Assembly (NCBI GenBank): GCA_036381195.1
Contig: DASVDH010000112.1
Coordinates: forward strand, 18,757 to 82,756
Direction: 5' to 3'
Length of the DNA: 64,000 bases
From: Longimicrobiales bacterium
Lineage (GTDB): Bacteria > Gemmatimonadota > Gemmatimonadetes > Longimicrobiales > RSA9
The position numbers and the translations under genes were made by a program. Positions 1 to 9,938 of this stretch are shown here, piece by piece; the stretch's first letter is position 1, and each line of letters begins with the position of its first letter. Under the pieces are notes generated by a model, which was given only the letters and a program-made list of their open reading frames with translations, was not told where the DNA came from and made no database searches.

Positions 1-806
1 ATTCGGGCAGCCCCGAGTAGTCCACGCCGTGGTGCTCAACCCAGAGACGCCAGTACCGCGCCGTACGCTCGATCAGCGCCAGCGGCCCCTGCGACCGGAT
101 CAACGCATCGAGCTGCAGCATCTCGCCGTAACGCTCGCCCGCCGCGATCCAGTAGTACAACACCTCCTCCCCCCGACCTGCCACCTCGAGGTCCACCGCG
201 ATGGTCGAGTCCACGGAGCCCTGCGCGATCGGGTTCCCGCTCAGGATGCCGTCGCCTTCCGCGTCCCGCCACGTCCCCTCGGCCCCGTTCACGCGCTTCT
301 TCCCCGTCGCGTACCGCGTGATGCGATGATCCGGTGGCTGCCCGGCGCCCATCATGAAGTAACGGTCGCGCTTGTAATGCACCACCGCGTCCAGCTCAGG
401 GTCGTAGAGCGCCGTATCGCCGACCTCGCTGCCAGAGATGTAGAAGTCCTGGTGCAGGAACACCCGCACCAGCCGCTGCTGGTCCCTCAGGTTGCGCACC
501 CTGAGCTCTCGGCAGAATACGTCCACCTCGAAGTCCACCGCGTCCCGGCATTCCAGCTCGATCCCCAGCCACGGATTGCGCAGCACCGTGCGGCCAACGA
601 GCGTGCCTTCCTCGTAGCCGATTTCCCGTTCCCACGAATCGTCCACCCAGTGCGTCGCTCCGTCCACCCACACGCCGAACCGGAACGGATGCCCCTCCGT
701 GTGGTTCTCCAACCCGATGCGCGGATAGTAGATGTCCCGGATCTGGTAGAGGTGATCGAGATTGACGAGGAATCGGCCGTTGCCGAGAACCAACGATCGC
801 GACATC
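1..806 (-). CDS. Glycoside hydrolase family 15 (glucoamylase-like) protein, N-terminal part; gene runs off the left edge
   Basis: Absent from the ORF track because there is no stop in the window. My translation from ATG 806-804 reads MSRSLVLGNGRFLVNLDHLYQIRDIYYPRIGLENHTEGHPFRFGVWVDG...YYWIAAGERYGEM. This matches the pattern of the GH15 N-terminal domain. The frame stays open to position 1. Confidence 0.7.
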
Positions 807-904
807 GAGATCACCGCAACGTCACGGTGCCAGACACACGCCGGCCCGCCACGCCGTACACGCGCACCAGCGCGCACGGGTACGTGGGACGGCCGCCCAC
901 CCGA

Positions 905-1285
905 CTACAGCCCCGCTCCCCACGGATAGTTGCGCTCGAACGCATCCTCGAAGTCGAAGACTTCCTCGAAGTCTTCCAGGGCGTCGTCTTCCTGGCGGAT
1001 CAGGATGCCACAGTCGACGAGCGCGAAGACCATCTTACCCACGTCTGCCGTCTCGCGAATCCCCCAGTACTCCAGCACCGTCCGGGCCATGGGCCCGAAG
1101 CGCTCGAGCGCCAGGTCCCGCACCCCTTCCGCGAGCTCGCGGCCGCTGATGTGCCGCGGCTCCGGCAGCCGCTCCAGCACGTAGTGCAGCGCGCTGAGGA
1201 TGAAGAGGTAGGCCGTCTCGTGATAGGCCGGATGGCGTTGGCGCAGCCGGCTCATCACGTCTTCCGCGAAGTTGATCCCGCTCAT
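905..1285 (-). CDS. Conserved hypothetical protein, resembles the Minf_1886/TIGR04138 family (from memory)
   Basis: ORF 905..1360. An ATG at 1285 gives MSGINFAEDVMSRLRQRHPAYHETAYLFILSALHYVLERL...HISGRELAEGVRDLALERFGPMARTVLEYWGI, with an acidic C-terminus. Confidence 0.6.
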   Translation of the reverse strand: MSGINFAEDVMSRLRQRHPAYHETAYLFILSALHYVLERLPEPRHISGRELAEGVRDLALERFGPMARTVLEYWGIRETADVGKMVFALVDCGILIRQEDDALEDFEEVFDFEDAFERNYPWGAGL

Positions 1286-1758
1286 GGGAACGACGGTTCC
1301 TGTCCGGGCACGCCACCCCCCGGTCCGACACCGGCTGCGTGCCGCCCCACCCAGGTCCACTCCCGCCCGGACGCCTCGCGTGACTCCTGAATCGAGGTCA
1401 GAGTGCGACTACCCCCTCACGTGCGTCGCAGAAGGTTCCGGCATGCAATGCGCCCCGGCGCAGCAAACCACGCCGGTTCCGGAACTGGTCCGCCGCCGCC
1501 CCACCCCTGCGAGCCCGCCTGGAATTTCGCCCTACGGCCCGCCGCGCGCCAGATGCGCGTGCAAGATTCTCGCCGCTGCGCCGGCCACCCGGGGCGGCGC
1601 GGGCCTGCCGCGACCGACCGATGACGCGCCGCCGTTGGGCCGGCCGGCCCGCCCTGCGCGCCGTCGTTTCCCTGGAGCCGCTCGAGGCATCGCGATGGGC
1701 CGATGCCGGGCCTCAGCGTCGTGCTGGGGCAGGAGCTCGGGCTCTCGAAGGTGCACCG

Positions 1759-3030
1759 TTACGCCGGCCGGGCCGCTGGCTCCGCCTGCCGGTACCCCAC
1801 GTACAGTGGGTACGCCTCGCAGAGCTCCGCCACCCGGGCCCCGATCCGCCGCGCCACGCCCTCGTCCCGCGGCGCCGCGAGGACTTCCGCGATCCAGCGG
1901 CCGATCATCCGGAACTCCGCCTCGCCCATCCCTCGGGTCGTGAGCGCCGCGCTCCCGATCCGAATCCCGGAGGTCACGAATGGCGAGCGCGTCTCGCCTG
2001 GCACGGTGTTCTTGTTGACCGTGATCCCCGCCCGCCCCAACGCCTCTTCCGCTTCCTTCCCGGTCAGATCCCGCCGCCGCAGGTCCACCAGCAGGAGATG
2101 GTTGTCCGTGCCCCCGCTGACCAGATCGAAGCCCTGCGCCATCAGCTCGTCCGCGAGCGCGCGTGCGTTCGCGACCACCTGCCGCGCGTACGTGCGGAAC
2201 GACGGATCCAACGCCTCCTTGAACGCCACTGCCTTCGCCGCGATCACGTGCATCAGCGGCCCACCCTGCAGCCCCGGGAAGACCTGCTTGTCGATCGCCT
2301 TCGCGTGCCGCTCCCGGCACAGGATGAAGCCGCTGCGCGGACCGCGCAACGTCTTGTGCGCCGTGGACGTCACCACATCCGCGTGCGGCACGGGACTGGG
2401 GTGCACGCCGCCCGCGACCAGTCCCGCAATGTGCGCCATGTCCACGACCAGTGCCGCGCCGGCCTCGCGTGCGATCGCGCCGAACGCCTCGAAGTCGATC
2501 ACGCGTGGGTACGCCGAGGCGCCGGCCACGATCACCTTCGGCCGCTCGCGCAGCGCGAGCTCGCGCACCTGGTCATAGTCGATGCGACCGTCCTTCTCGT
2601 CCACGCCGTACGCGACCACGCGGAACCAGCGGCCGCTGAAGTTCACCGGCGAGCCGTGGGTCAGGTGCCCGCCGTGGGAGAGATTCATGCCCAGCAGCAC
2701 ATCGCCCGGCTCCATGAACGCCATGTAGGCGGCCATGTTCGCTTGCGCCCCGGCATGCGGCTGCACGTTCGCGTGCTCCGCGCCGAACAGCTCGCACGCG
2801 CGTTCGATCGCCAGCCGCTCCACCACATCCACCCACTCGCAGCCGCCGTAGTAGCGCCTGCCCGGATAGCCCTCCGCGTACTTGTTCGTCAGCACGGAGC
2901 CGAGCGCTTCGAGCACGGCCGGCGAGACGAAGTTCTCGCTCGCGATCAGCTCGAGTGATGCGTGCTGCCGCTCCGCCTCGCGCCGGATCGCCTCGAAGAC
3001 CTCCGGGTCTGTATCTCGAAGTGCCTGCAT
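1759..3030 (-). CDS. glyA: Serine hydroxymethyltransferase
   Basis: ORF 1759..3081. Motifs [27 protein letters not shown] and [14 protein letters not shown] (PLP lysine). The track start is TTG 3081. ATG 3030 (MQALRD) follows GGATGAGGGGA. Confidence 0.95.
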   Translation of the reverse strand: MQALRDTDPEVFEAIRREAERQHASLELIASENFVSPAVLEALGSVLTNKYAEGYPGRRYYGGCEWVDVVERLAIERACELFGAEHANVQPHAGAQANMAAYMAFMEPGDVLLGMNLSHGGHLTHGSPVNFSGRWFRVVAYGVDEKDGRIDYDQVRELALRERPKVIVAGASAYPRVIDFEAFGAIAREAGAALVVDMAHIAGLVAGGVHPSPVPHADVVTSTAHKTLRGPRSGFILCRERHAKAIDKQVFPGLQGGPLMHVIAAKAVAFKEALDPSFRTYARQVVANARALADELMAQGFDLVSGGTDNHLLLVDLRRRDLTGKEAEEALGRAGITVNKNTVPGETRSPFVTSGIRIGSAALTTRGMGEAEFRMIGRWIAEVLAAPRDEGVARRIGARVAELCEAYPLYVGYRQAEPAARPA

Positions 3031-3139
3031 TCCCCTCATCCTGTTGACATCGCCAGGCGCCGCCGGCGCGCCGCGCCGCAAGCACGCGAGCCGGCGGCCG
3101 CCGGCCCCCGGCGCCCGGGCGGACGAAGCGCCCGCTCCC

Positions 3140-4195
3140 TCAAACCCTCGTCTTCTGGATCCGTGCCACCTGCTCGATCCGGCGCTCCGCCAGCCGGTCC
3201 GCCGCGTCGTGGGTCGGGATTCCCTGCTCCTTGGCGAGCTCGAAGAGCTGCAGCAGCGTGTCGTAGATCTCGCCGGCCTTCCGCTTGCTCCGGTCCGGCG
3301 GCCACCCGGACAGCTCCCCGTACACGTTGATCAGCCCGCCGGCATTGATGACGTAGTCGGGCGCGTACAGGATCCCCCGCCGCACCAGCTCGTCGCCGTG
3401 CCGCTCCTCCGCGAGCTGGTTGTTGGCCGCCCCCGCGATGATGTCGCAGCGGAATTGCGGCACCGTCTCGTCGTTCACGACGCCGCCCAGTGCGCATGGA
3501 GCGAAGATCTGCGCCTCCACGCCATAGATCGAGTCGGGCGCCACGGGCTCCGCGCCGAAATCCCGGACGACACGCGCGACCCTCTCCTCATCGATGTCCG
3601 TGGCAACGATCTTCACGCCTTCGGCCGCCAGATGGCTGCACAGGTGATAGCCCACGTGGCCGAGCCCCTGCACCGCGACCGTCATGCCGGCCAGCGAATC
3701 GTTCCCGTACCGCTCCCGCGCGCACGCCTTGATCCCGCGATACACGCCGTACGCCGTCACGGGCGAAGGGTCTCCGGAACGGCCGGCGATCCCCGTCACG
3801 TACTCCGTCTCCATGTGGACGTAGTCCATGTCCTCCACGCTGGTGCCCACGTCCTCCGCCGTGATGTAGCGCCCCTTCAGGGACTCGACGAAGCGGCCGT
3901 GCGCGCGGAACAGCATCTCGCGCCGCGGCGTCTTGGGGTCGCCGATGATCACCGCCTTCCCGCCGCCCAGGTTGACCCCCGCGACCGCCGCCTTGTACGT
4001 CATCCCGCGCGAGAGCCGGAGCACATCGATCAGCGCTTCCGTGTCCGACTTGTAGTTCCAGAGCCGTGTCCCGCCCAGTGCGGGGCCCAGCGTGGTGTCG
4101 TGGATCGCGATGATCCCACGGTAGTTCGCCGCCGGCTCGTAGCAGAAGACCACCTGCTCGTGCTCGTGCTCGCTGATCAGGTCGAAGATCTCCAT
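3140..4195 (-). CDS. Leucine dehydrogenase (Glu/Leu/Phe/Val dehydrogenase family)
   Basis: 351 aa. Motifs [22 protein letters not shown] (catalytic Lys region) and the NAD fold [13 protein letters not shown] start. Confidence 0.88.
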   Translation of the reverse strand: MEIFDLISEHEHEQVVFCYEPAANYRGIIAIHDTTLGPALGGTRLWNYKSDTEALIDVLRLSRGMTYKAAVAGVNLGGGKAVIIGDPKTPRREMLFRAHGRFVESLKGRYITAEDVGTSVEDMDYVHMETEYVTGIAGRSGDPSPVTAYGVYRGIKACARERYGNDSLAGMTVAVQGLGHVGYHLCSHLAAEGVKIVATDIDEERVARVVRDFGAEPVAPDSIYGVEAQIFAPCALGGVVNDETVPQFRCDIIAGAANNQLAEERHGDELVRRGILYAPDYVINAGGLINVYGELSGWPPDRSKRKAGEIYDTLLQLFELAKEQGIPTHDAADRLAERRIEQVARIQKTRV

Positions 4196-4303
4196 CCCCC
4201 TCTCCTGGATTCCGGCGCACTCGCCCGCACCTCACGGGCCCCGGCGCATCGAGCCACGCCGCTTCCCGCGCGCTGGCAGCGTCGGCCGGCGCGCGGCCGG
4301 CGA

Positions 4304-5410
4304 TCACGTCCGGTACAGCTCCCGCGCGATCAGGCGGCGCAGCGCCTGGTTCGTCCCGCCCAGGATCTGGGTCACCTTGGCGTCGCGCATCAGCTTCTCC
4401 ACCGGGTAGTCGCGCATGTAGCCGTACCCGCCGAACACCTGTACCGCCTGCGTGGCGATCCACATCGCCGCCTCGCCCGCGCACACCTTGGCCTCTGCCG
4501 TCACGCGCGGGCCGGGTGCCGCCGCCGCGCTGCGCAGCAGGCCGCGCGCCGCATCCAGGCGGATCGCCATGTCCGCCAGCTTGACTTGCAGCCCCTCGAA
4601 CTCGCGGATCTTGCGGCCGAACTGCTCCCGCACCCCCGCGTAGGCCACAGCGTGCTCGAGGGCCGCCCGGGCGAGCCCCACCGCCACCGCTGCCACACCC
4701 AACCGGCCCACGTCCCCGCCGCCCGGATCCGCGGCCGCGCCGGCCACCTCCGCGTCCGCCTCGGAACGCACGTCCTCGAGCGCCAGCGTGACCACTTCGA
4801 GCGGCCGGAGCCCCAGCGGAGCGTGGGCCTCGCGCACGCGGACCCCGCCGGCATCGGCGGGCACGAGCACCCCGGTGCTTCCGGCCGCCTCTCCGCGCAC
4901 CCGGGCGACGATCAGGCCCGTCTGCGCGCAACGCCACACGTGCTCCAGCGCGCCGCGCAGCACGCGCGCGCCATCTTGCTGCGCCACCTGCGCCGCCGTG
5001 ATGGCGTCGTCATCGGAATCCCAGTGCGCGAGCGCCGCCACAGTCTCGCCCCCACTCAGCCGCGGCAACCAGCGCGCCTTCTGCTCCTCGCTCCCGAGCC
5101 GCAGGATGATGTCCGCCGCCGCCGCGTGCTGCGCCACCAGCATCGCGACGGACGCTTCGCCCCGTGCGAGCTCCTCGACCGCCGCGACGAACGTCGGGGC
5201 ATCGAACCCCATTCCGCCGTGCTCCTCGGGCACCATCATCCCGAGGAAACCCAGTTCCGCGAGCTGCCCCAACACCGACGCAGGCAGCGTCCGCTCCCGG
5301 TCCCACGCCTCGGCGTGGGGCCGCAGCTCCCCCTCTGCGAACTCGCGCGCCAGCCCGCGGACCTGCTGCTCTTCGTCGCTCGCGAACGCCACGGTCAGTG
5401 CATCCACCAT
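4304..5410 (-). CDS. Acyl-CoA dehydrogenase family protein
   Basis: 368 aa. C-terminal signature QVFGGYGYMRDYPVEKLMRDAKVTQILGGTNQ. ATG start 6 nt after the hbd stop. Confidence 0.85.
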   Translation of the reverse strand: MVDALTVAFASDEEQQVRGLAREFAEGELRPHAEAWDRERTLPASVLGQLAELGFLGMMVPEEHGGMGFDAPTFVAAVEELARGEASVAMLVAQHAAAADIILRLGSEEQKARWLPRLSGGETVAALAHWDSDDDAITAAQVAQQDGARVLRGALEHVWRCAQTGLIVARVRGEAAGSTGVLVPADAGGVRVREAHAPLGLRPLEVVTLALEDVRSEADAEVAGAAADPGGGDVGRLGVAAVAVGLARAALEHAVAYAGVREQFGRKIREFEGLQVKLADMAIRLDAARGLLRSAAAAPGPRVTAEAKVCAGEAAMWIATQAVQVFGGYGYMRDYPVEKLMRDAKVTQILGGTNQALRRLIARELYRT

Positions 5411-5416
5411 CGGCCG

Positions 5417-6265
5417 TCAGTAGCTGTAGAATCCCCGGCCCGTCTTGCGCCCGAGCCAACCCGCCGCCACGTACTTCCGCAGCAACGGGCACGGCCGGTA
5501 CTTGTCCTCGCCCAGTTCCCGGTGCAGCACCTCGAGGATCGCCAGGCACGTGTCCAGCCCGATCAGGTCCGCCAGCGCCAGCGGGCCGATGGGCTGGTTC
5601 ATCCCCAGCTTCATGACGGAGTCGATCTCCTCCGGCCCCGCCACCCCCTCCATCAGGCAGAAGATCGCCTCGTTGATCATGGGCATGAGCACGCGGTTGG
5701 ACACGAACCCCGGCGAGTCCTTCACCTCCACCGGCGTCTTGTCCAGCCGCCGCGCGATCTCCATCACCGCCGCCGCCGTCTCGTCCGATGTCTGGAGGCC
5801 CCGGATCACCTCGACCAGCTTCATCACCGGCACCGGATTCATGAAATGCATGCCGATGAACCGGTCGGGGCGCCGCGTCAGCCGCGCGAGCTGGGTGATC
5901 GAGATGGACGATGTGTTCGATGCCAGGATCCCCTCGTCCACGGCCGCGTCCAGCGCGCGGATCACATCCGTCTTGAGCAGCGGGTCCTCCGGCACCGCTT
6001 CGATGACGAGCCCCGCGCCGGCCACCGCATCCGTCTCCGTCGCCGTCTGGATCCGCTCCAGAGCGGCCGCGCGCGCTTCCGGCGTGACCACGCCCTTCTT
6101 CACCTGCCGCTCCAGGTTGCGGGCAATGGTCTCCAGCGCGGCGGTCAGCCGGTCCTTCGCGATGTCGATCAGCACCACGTCGTAGCCGTACTGCGCGAAC
6201 ACGTGGGCGATGCCGTTCCCCATCGTGCCCGCGCCGACCACCGCCACACGATCCGCCTGCGCCAT
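5417..6265 (-). CDS. hbd: 3-hydroxybutyryl-CoA dehydrogenase
   Basis: ATG 6265 is preceded by GAGGAGGAGAGGG. Motifs [19 protein letters not shown] and PGFVSNR. The 619-aa track ORF is an in-frame run-on into the upstream gene. Confidence 0.9.
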   Translation of the reverse strand: MAQADRVAVVGAGTMGNGIAHVFAQYGYDVVLIDIAKDRLTAALETIARNLERQVKKGVVTPEARAAALERIQTATETDAVAGAGLVIEAVPEDPLLKTDVIRALDAAVDEGILASNTSSISITQLARLTRRPDRFIGMHFMNPVPVMKLVEVIRGLQTSDETAAAVMEIARRLDKTPVEVKDSPGFVSNRVLMPMINEAIFCLMEGVAGPEEIDSVMKLGMNQPIGPLALADLIGLDTCLAILEVLHRELGEDKYRPCPLLRKYVAAGWLGRKTGRGFYSY

Positions 6266-6282
6266 GCGTCCCTCTCCTCCTC

Positions 6283-7191
6283 TCACGCCACGTGGAGCCG
6301 CCGGTCCACCAGCGGCCCGAGCGCCCGCATCTCCGGCGCTTCCTCGAGCGTCGGCAGCCGCGCCACCGCGAGGAGCGCCAGCGCGAATGCGGCCGACCCG
6401 ACGAGGCCGCCTTCCGGCCCGAAGTTGCCGCCGGTGATCCACGGCGGGCCGCTGACCACTGGTTCGTAGAGCGGCGTGTTCAGCGTCTGGAGCCCGCTCA
6501 CGGGCAGATCCAGAACGCTGCCCATCGTCCAGTTCCAGCCCAGGTGCACTGCCGTCGCGAACCAGAGACTGCGCGTTCGCAGGTACGCGACCGAGAGCAG
6601 CACGCCGGCAAGGAAGATGTTCAGCAGGGCGAACACGCCCACGTCGGGATTGCCCGCGTGCGCCGCCGCGAAGGCGGCGCTCACCATGATCGTGGCCGCA
6701 ACCGGGCCCAGCGCCTCGACCAGCACCTGGAACGGGTAGCCGCGGAACACCGCCTCTTCCCACGCTGCCGCCACCGCCAGGGCCAGCAGCGCGCCGGCCA
6801 GCGAAGCCACGTACGACCCTGCGTCCCCGGCCTCCGGCCTGTACCCCACCCAGCCCGCCAGCGCGAGCGCGCCCGCTCCCAGCAGCAACGGCACCCCACC
6901 CACGGCCAGCCCGAGCCCCAGCTCGCGCGCGGAGTGCGAGGTCCACGCGAACCCCAGCGCCCCGGCCGGCCTGTGCTCGAGCCGCCTCATGAGGAGCCAG
7001 CCCGCGAGCAGCGCCGCAGCCAGCAGGGCGAACCCCTGCCAGGCCAGGGCTCCCACCCCATCCACGGGCGCCGCGAGGCTCGCTGCGCCTGCGAACACGA
7101 CCGAGAGCGCGACGAACAGCGCGATGAACAGCAGCGCCCTCCAGCCGGCGCGCAGCCGGCCATGGGCGTAGAACGCGCGGCGCCAGTCCAT
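6283..7191 (-). CDS. CPBP (CAAX) family intramembrane metalloprotease
   Basis: Motifs [16 protein letters not shown] and HLGWNW, plus multiple hydrophobic segments. ATG 7191 (MDWRRAF) was chosen because the upstream run-on crosses a terminator. Confidence 0.8.
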   Translation of the reverse strand: MDWRRAFYAHGRLRAGWRALLFIALFVALSVVFAGAASLAAPVDGVGALAWQGFALLAAALLAGWLLMRRLEHRPAGALGFAWTSHSARELGLGLAVGGVPLLLGAGALALAGWVGYRPEAGDAGSYVASLAGALLALAVAAAWEEAVFRGYPFQVLVEALGPVAATIMVSAAFAAAHAGNPDVGVFALLNIFLAGVLLSVAYLRTRSLWFATAVHLGWNWTMGSVLDLPVSGLQTLNTPLYEPVVSGPPWITGGNFGPEGGLVGSAAFALALLAVARLPTLEEAPEMRALGPLVDRRLHVA

Positions 7192-7200
7192 CACGCCCAC

Positions 7201-7234
7201 GAAAAACCCCCGGGTGGTCAGGTCCACCCGAGGG
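7201..7234 (-). terminator. Intrinsic terminator-like hairpin plus U-tract between the thiolase and CPBP genes
   Basis: Minus strand reads CCCTCGGGTGG-ACCTGA-CCACCCGGGGG followed by TTTTTC. The stem is 11 bp with one G-U pair. Confidence 0.55.
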
Positions 7235-7320
7235 TGCGCACGGCTCGCGTGCTCCAGGCCCCGCCCGCGAGCGCACCCAGACGTACGATGCCCCGTACCG
7301 TCACGGCTACCCACCTCACC

Positions 7321-8532
7321 TCAGATCCGCTCCACCGAGAGTGCCACCGCGTCCCCGCCGCCGAGACACAGCGTGGCCAGCCCCGTGCGGCCGCCGCGGT
7401 CCTTCAGCGCGTACAGCAGCGTGGTGAGGATGCGCGCGCCCGACGCGCCGATCGGGTGCCCGAGCGCGACCGCGCCGCCGTGCACGTTCACGCGATCCCA
7501 GTCCCAGCCCAGCTCCCGGCCGTCCGCGATCGCCTGCACCGCGAAGGCCTCGTTCGCCTCGATCAGGTCGTAGTCCCCGATCGCCTTGCCTTCCTTCTCC
7601 ATCAGCCGCCGCACCGCGCGCACGGGCGCGAAGAACAGCTCGCGCGGCGCTACCGCGCCGGTCGCGTACGCGTTGATGCGCGCGAGGATCTCGAGCCCGT
7701 GCGCCTCCGCATACTCCTGGCTGGTGATGACCAGCGCCGCCGCGCCGTCGTTCAGGCCCGGCGCGTTGCCGGCCGTGACGACCGGCGTCTCGACCTCCGG
7801 TGGCATGTCCTTGCGGAACGCGGGCGGCAGCTTCGCCAGCGCCTCCATGGACGTGTCGCGCCGCGGCGGCTCGTCCACGTCCACGACCGTGGAGCCCCTG
7901 CGGCCCGGCACTTCGACCGGCACGATCTCCGCCTGGAACTTGCCCGCATCCTGTGCGGCGACCGCCTTGCGGTGCGAGGCCAGCGCGAACGCGTCTGCCT
8001 CCTCCCGGCTGATGCCCGCCTTCCATGCGGTGTACTCCGCGTGCCCACCCATGTGGCACTCGCCGAAGCTGCACCACAGGCCGTCGTGGATCAGCCCGTC
8101 CACGATCGTCTGGTCGCCGAACTTCACGCCCTCGCGGTACCCGCGCAGGTAGTACGGCGCGTTGGACATGGACTCCATCCCGCCGGCCACGATCACACGC
8201 GCGTCGCCGGCCTTGACCGCCTGCGCCGCGAGCATGACGGCCTGGAGTCCGGAGCCGCACACGCGGCTCACCGTCATGGCACCCACCGTCTCCGGAACAC
8301 CGCCACGCAACGCGGCCTGGCGGGCGGGCGCCTGCCCCAACCCGGCCGAGACCACGTTGCCCAGGATGACGTCGTCGATGTCCTCGCGGTCGATGCCGGC
8401 GCGCTCGAGCGCCGCACGCACCGCTCTCGCTCCCAACTCCGTCGCCGAAAGCGGGCTCAGCCCCCCCATGAACCGGCCGATGGGGGTCCGCGCTGCGCTC
8501 ACGATCACCGGCGTATGTCGTGCATCCGCCAT
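7321..8532 (-). CDS. Acetyl-CoA C-acetyltransferase (thiolase)
   Basis: ATG 8532 after AAAAGAGGA. Motifs VCGSGLQAV (active Cys), NVHGGAVALGHPIGASGAR and CLGGGDAVAL. Confidence 0.92.
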   Translation of the reverse strand: MADARHTPVIVSAARTPIGRFMGGLSPLSATELGARAVRAALERAGIDREDIDDVILGNVVSAGLGQAPARQAALRGGVPETVGAMTVSRVCGSGLQAVMLAAQAVKAGDARVIVAGGMESMSNAPYYLRGYREGVKFGDQTIVDGLIHDGLWCSFGECHMGGHAEYTAWKAGISREEADAFALASHRKAVAAQDAGKFQAEIVPVEVPGRRGSTVVDVDEPPRRDTSMEALAKLPPAFRKDMPPEVETPVVTAGNAPGLNDGAAALVITSQEYAEAHGLEILARINAYATGAVAPRELFFAPVRAVRRLMEKEGKAIGDYDLIEANEAFAVQAIADGRELGWDWDRVNVHGGAVALGHPIGASGARILTTLLYALKDRGGRTGLATLCLGGGDAVALSVERI

Positions 8533-8583
8533 CTCGTCCTCTTTTCGTGGCGGAGCGGCCTCGGCGGCCGCCCCCGGCACCGT

Positions 8584-8612
8584 ATAATACCCGCGGCCCG
8601 GCGCGGCGGGAA
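8584..8612 (-). promoter_or_regulatory. Candidate sigma70-type promoter for the thiolase gene
   Basis: Minus strand reads TTCCCG-N17-TATTAT about 50 nt upstream of ATG 8532. The -35 element is weak. Confidence 0.3.
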
Positions 8613-8638
8613 GGGCGCCCGCCCTGCCCTCTCCGCCG

Positions 8639-9931
8639 TCACCGGACAAAGCGCAGGACCGCCGCCACAGACCTCCAGCCCACGCGGTCCCGCAGCAGCG
8701 CGCCCAGCGCGCTGCGCCGCAGGGCGGTGTAGCTCTGGCGGCCCGCCAGGATGTTCGCCAGCACCCGCCGCATCCGCGGGCTCGCGCGGCACACCTCGAT
8801 CACCACACGCGGAAACCCGCGGCGGTAGAACCGGCCGGCGTAGCGGTGCGCGACCGCGAGCTGCCGCAGGATCTCCCTCTCCAACGCGGGCGCGTACCCC
8901 GCGAGCGAGCCGGCCGCGAGGAGCGCGCGCGCCGCGAGCTCGCCCGAGCGGAGCGCGTAATGGATCCCCTCTCCGGTGATCGGGTCCACGAGCCCCGCGG
9001 CATCCCCGCACAGCGCCCAACGCGCTCCCCCGAAACGCTCCGGCCTGCGATAGTCCTCGCCGCGCAGCAGGGGGATCGGGTGGCCGTAGTCGGGGTGATC
9101 CGCGGTGCCGCCCGCGGCCGCGATGTGCGCCAGCAGGACCGCCTCGAGGTCCTCGCGGGTCGCACCGCGCTCCAGGTGGCAGACGCCGACCGACGTCGTC
9201 TCGCCGCGCGGGAACTCCCAGACGTACCCCGGGAACCCCTCCGGGAAGGCGACCACCAGCTCCGGCGCCGCATCCCGTGCGATCGGCACGAACCGCCCAC
9301 GGGTCGGCGTCTGCACCGGCTGCAATGCAGGAGACAGGAGCCGCCTCATCCGGGAGCTCGCGCCGTCCGCGCCGATGACGAAGGCGACGTCGTACACGCC
9401 ACCCTCGTCGTCCACCAGCCGGTATCCGGCGGCCGCCGGGCTCAGCTCGCGAATGCGCCGCGCGACGTGGCGCGCACCCGCGGCCGTCGCCCGCTCCAAC
9501 TGGAACCGGGACAGCACACGCCGGTCCACCAGCAGCAGCGGCGCCGCCGCATCGATCTCCAGGCCCCCCGCAACCGGCTCTGCCAGCCGCGCCCGCTCCA
9601 CCCAGCGCCCCGAGGAGCCCAGCTCCCGGAGCTCGGGGAAATGATCCAGCGCGTGCACCGGGATGCCGCCGCCGCACGGCTTCTCCCACGGCGCGCGCGG
9701 GTCGAACAGGAGCACGTCCATGCCGCCCCGCGCGAGCAGCTCCGCCGCACGCGCGCCCGCCGGGCCCGCCCCCACCACCGCCACCGGCCCGCCCGCGTCC
9801 CGCGCCGCCGCGCTGCCGTGCGAAAGGGGGCGTGGTGCCGGTGCTGGCTGCGGTGGACGCCCGCCCGCCTCCCGCGCCGCCGCGCTGCCCTGCGAGGGGA
9901 GCCGGTTCGCTCGGCGACCGGGCACGTTCAT
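8639..9931 (-). CDS. Geranylgeranyl reductase-family FAD-dependent oxidoreductase
   Basis: Motifs VAVVGAGPAGARAA and GDAAGLVDPITGEGIHYA. ATG 9931 lies 7 nt after the upstream stop. The first ~48 aa are low-complexity and contain a 24-aa internal repeat, so the true start may be later. Confidence 0.8.
   Translation of the reverse strand: MNVPGRRANRLPSQGSAAAREAGGRPPQPAPAPRPLSHGSAAARDAGGPVAVVGAGPAGARAAELLARGGMDVLLFDPRAPWEKPCGGGIPVHALDHFPELRELGSSGRWVERARLAEPVAGGLEIDAAAPLLLVDRRVLSRFQLERATAAGARHVARRIRELSPAAAGYRLVDDEGGVYDVAFVIGADGASSRMRRLLSPALQPVQTPTRGRFVPIARDAAPELVVAFPEGFPGYVWEFPRGETTSVGVCHLERGATREDLEAVLLAHIAAAGGTADHPDYGHPIPLLRGEDYRRPERFGGARWALCGDAAGLVDPITGEGIHYALRSGELAARALLAAGSLAGYAPALEREILRQLAVAHRYAGRFYRRGFPRVVIEVCRASPRMRRVLANILAGRQSYTALRRSALGALLRDRVGWRSVAAVLRFVR
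9791..9895. repeat. Two 33-bp direct repeats 72 bp apart
   Basis: GCCCGCGTCCCGCGCCGCCGCGCTGCCGTGCGA (9791-9823) versus GCCCGCCTCCCGCGCCGCCGCGCTGCCCTGCGA (9863-9895), 31/33 identical. Confidence 0.85.
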
Positions 9932-9938
9932 CCCCCCG

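Noticed and set aside
1286-1758. The 470-bp spacer between glyA and the Minf_1886-like gene as a possible ncRNA or riboswitch.
   Set aside because: I could recognise no conserved motif of any RNA family (RNase P, SRP, 6S, tmRNA or common riboswitches). It contains only generic GC hairpins, and I cannot support a call without covariance-model searches.
2882-6469. Very long plus-strand ORFs: 1195 aa here, plus 25441..28587 (1048 aa), 30929..34096 (1055 aa), 55675..58515 (946 aa) and many others.
   Set aside because: They lie antisense to clearly recognisable minus-strand genes. Their translations are Arg/Pro/Ala/His-rich low-complexity strings with no family resemblance. Stop-free antisense frames are expected in DNA this GC-rich.
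8583-8588. A perfect TATAAT on the plus strand, and a TTGACA on the plus strand at 3043-3048.
   Set aside because: No plus-strand gene lies downstream of either. The 8583 site is better read on the minus strand as a TATTAT -10 for the thiolase gene. The 3043 hexamer is isolated.
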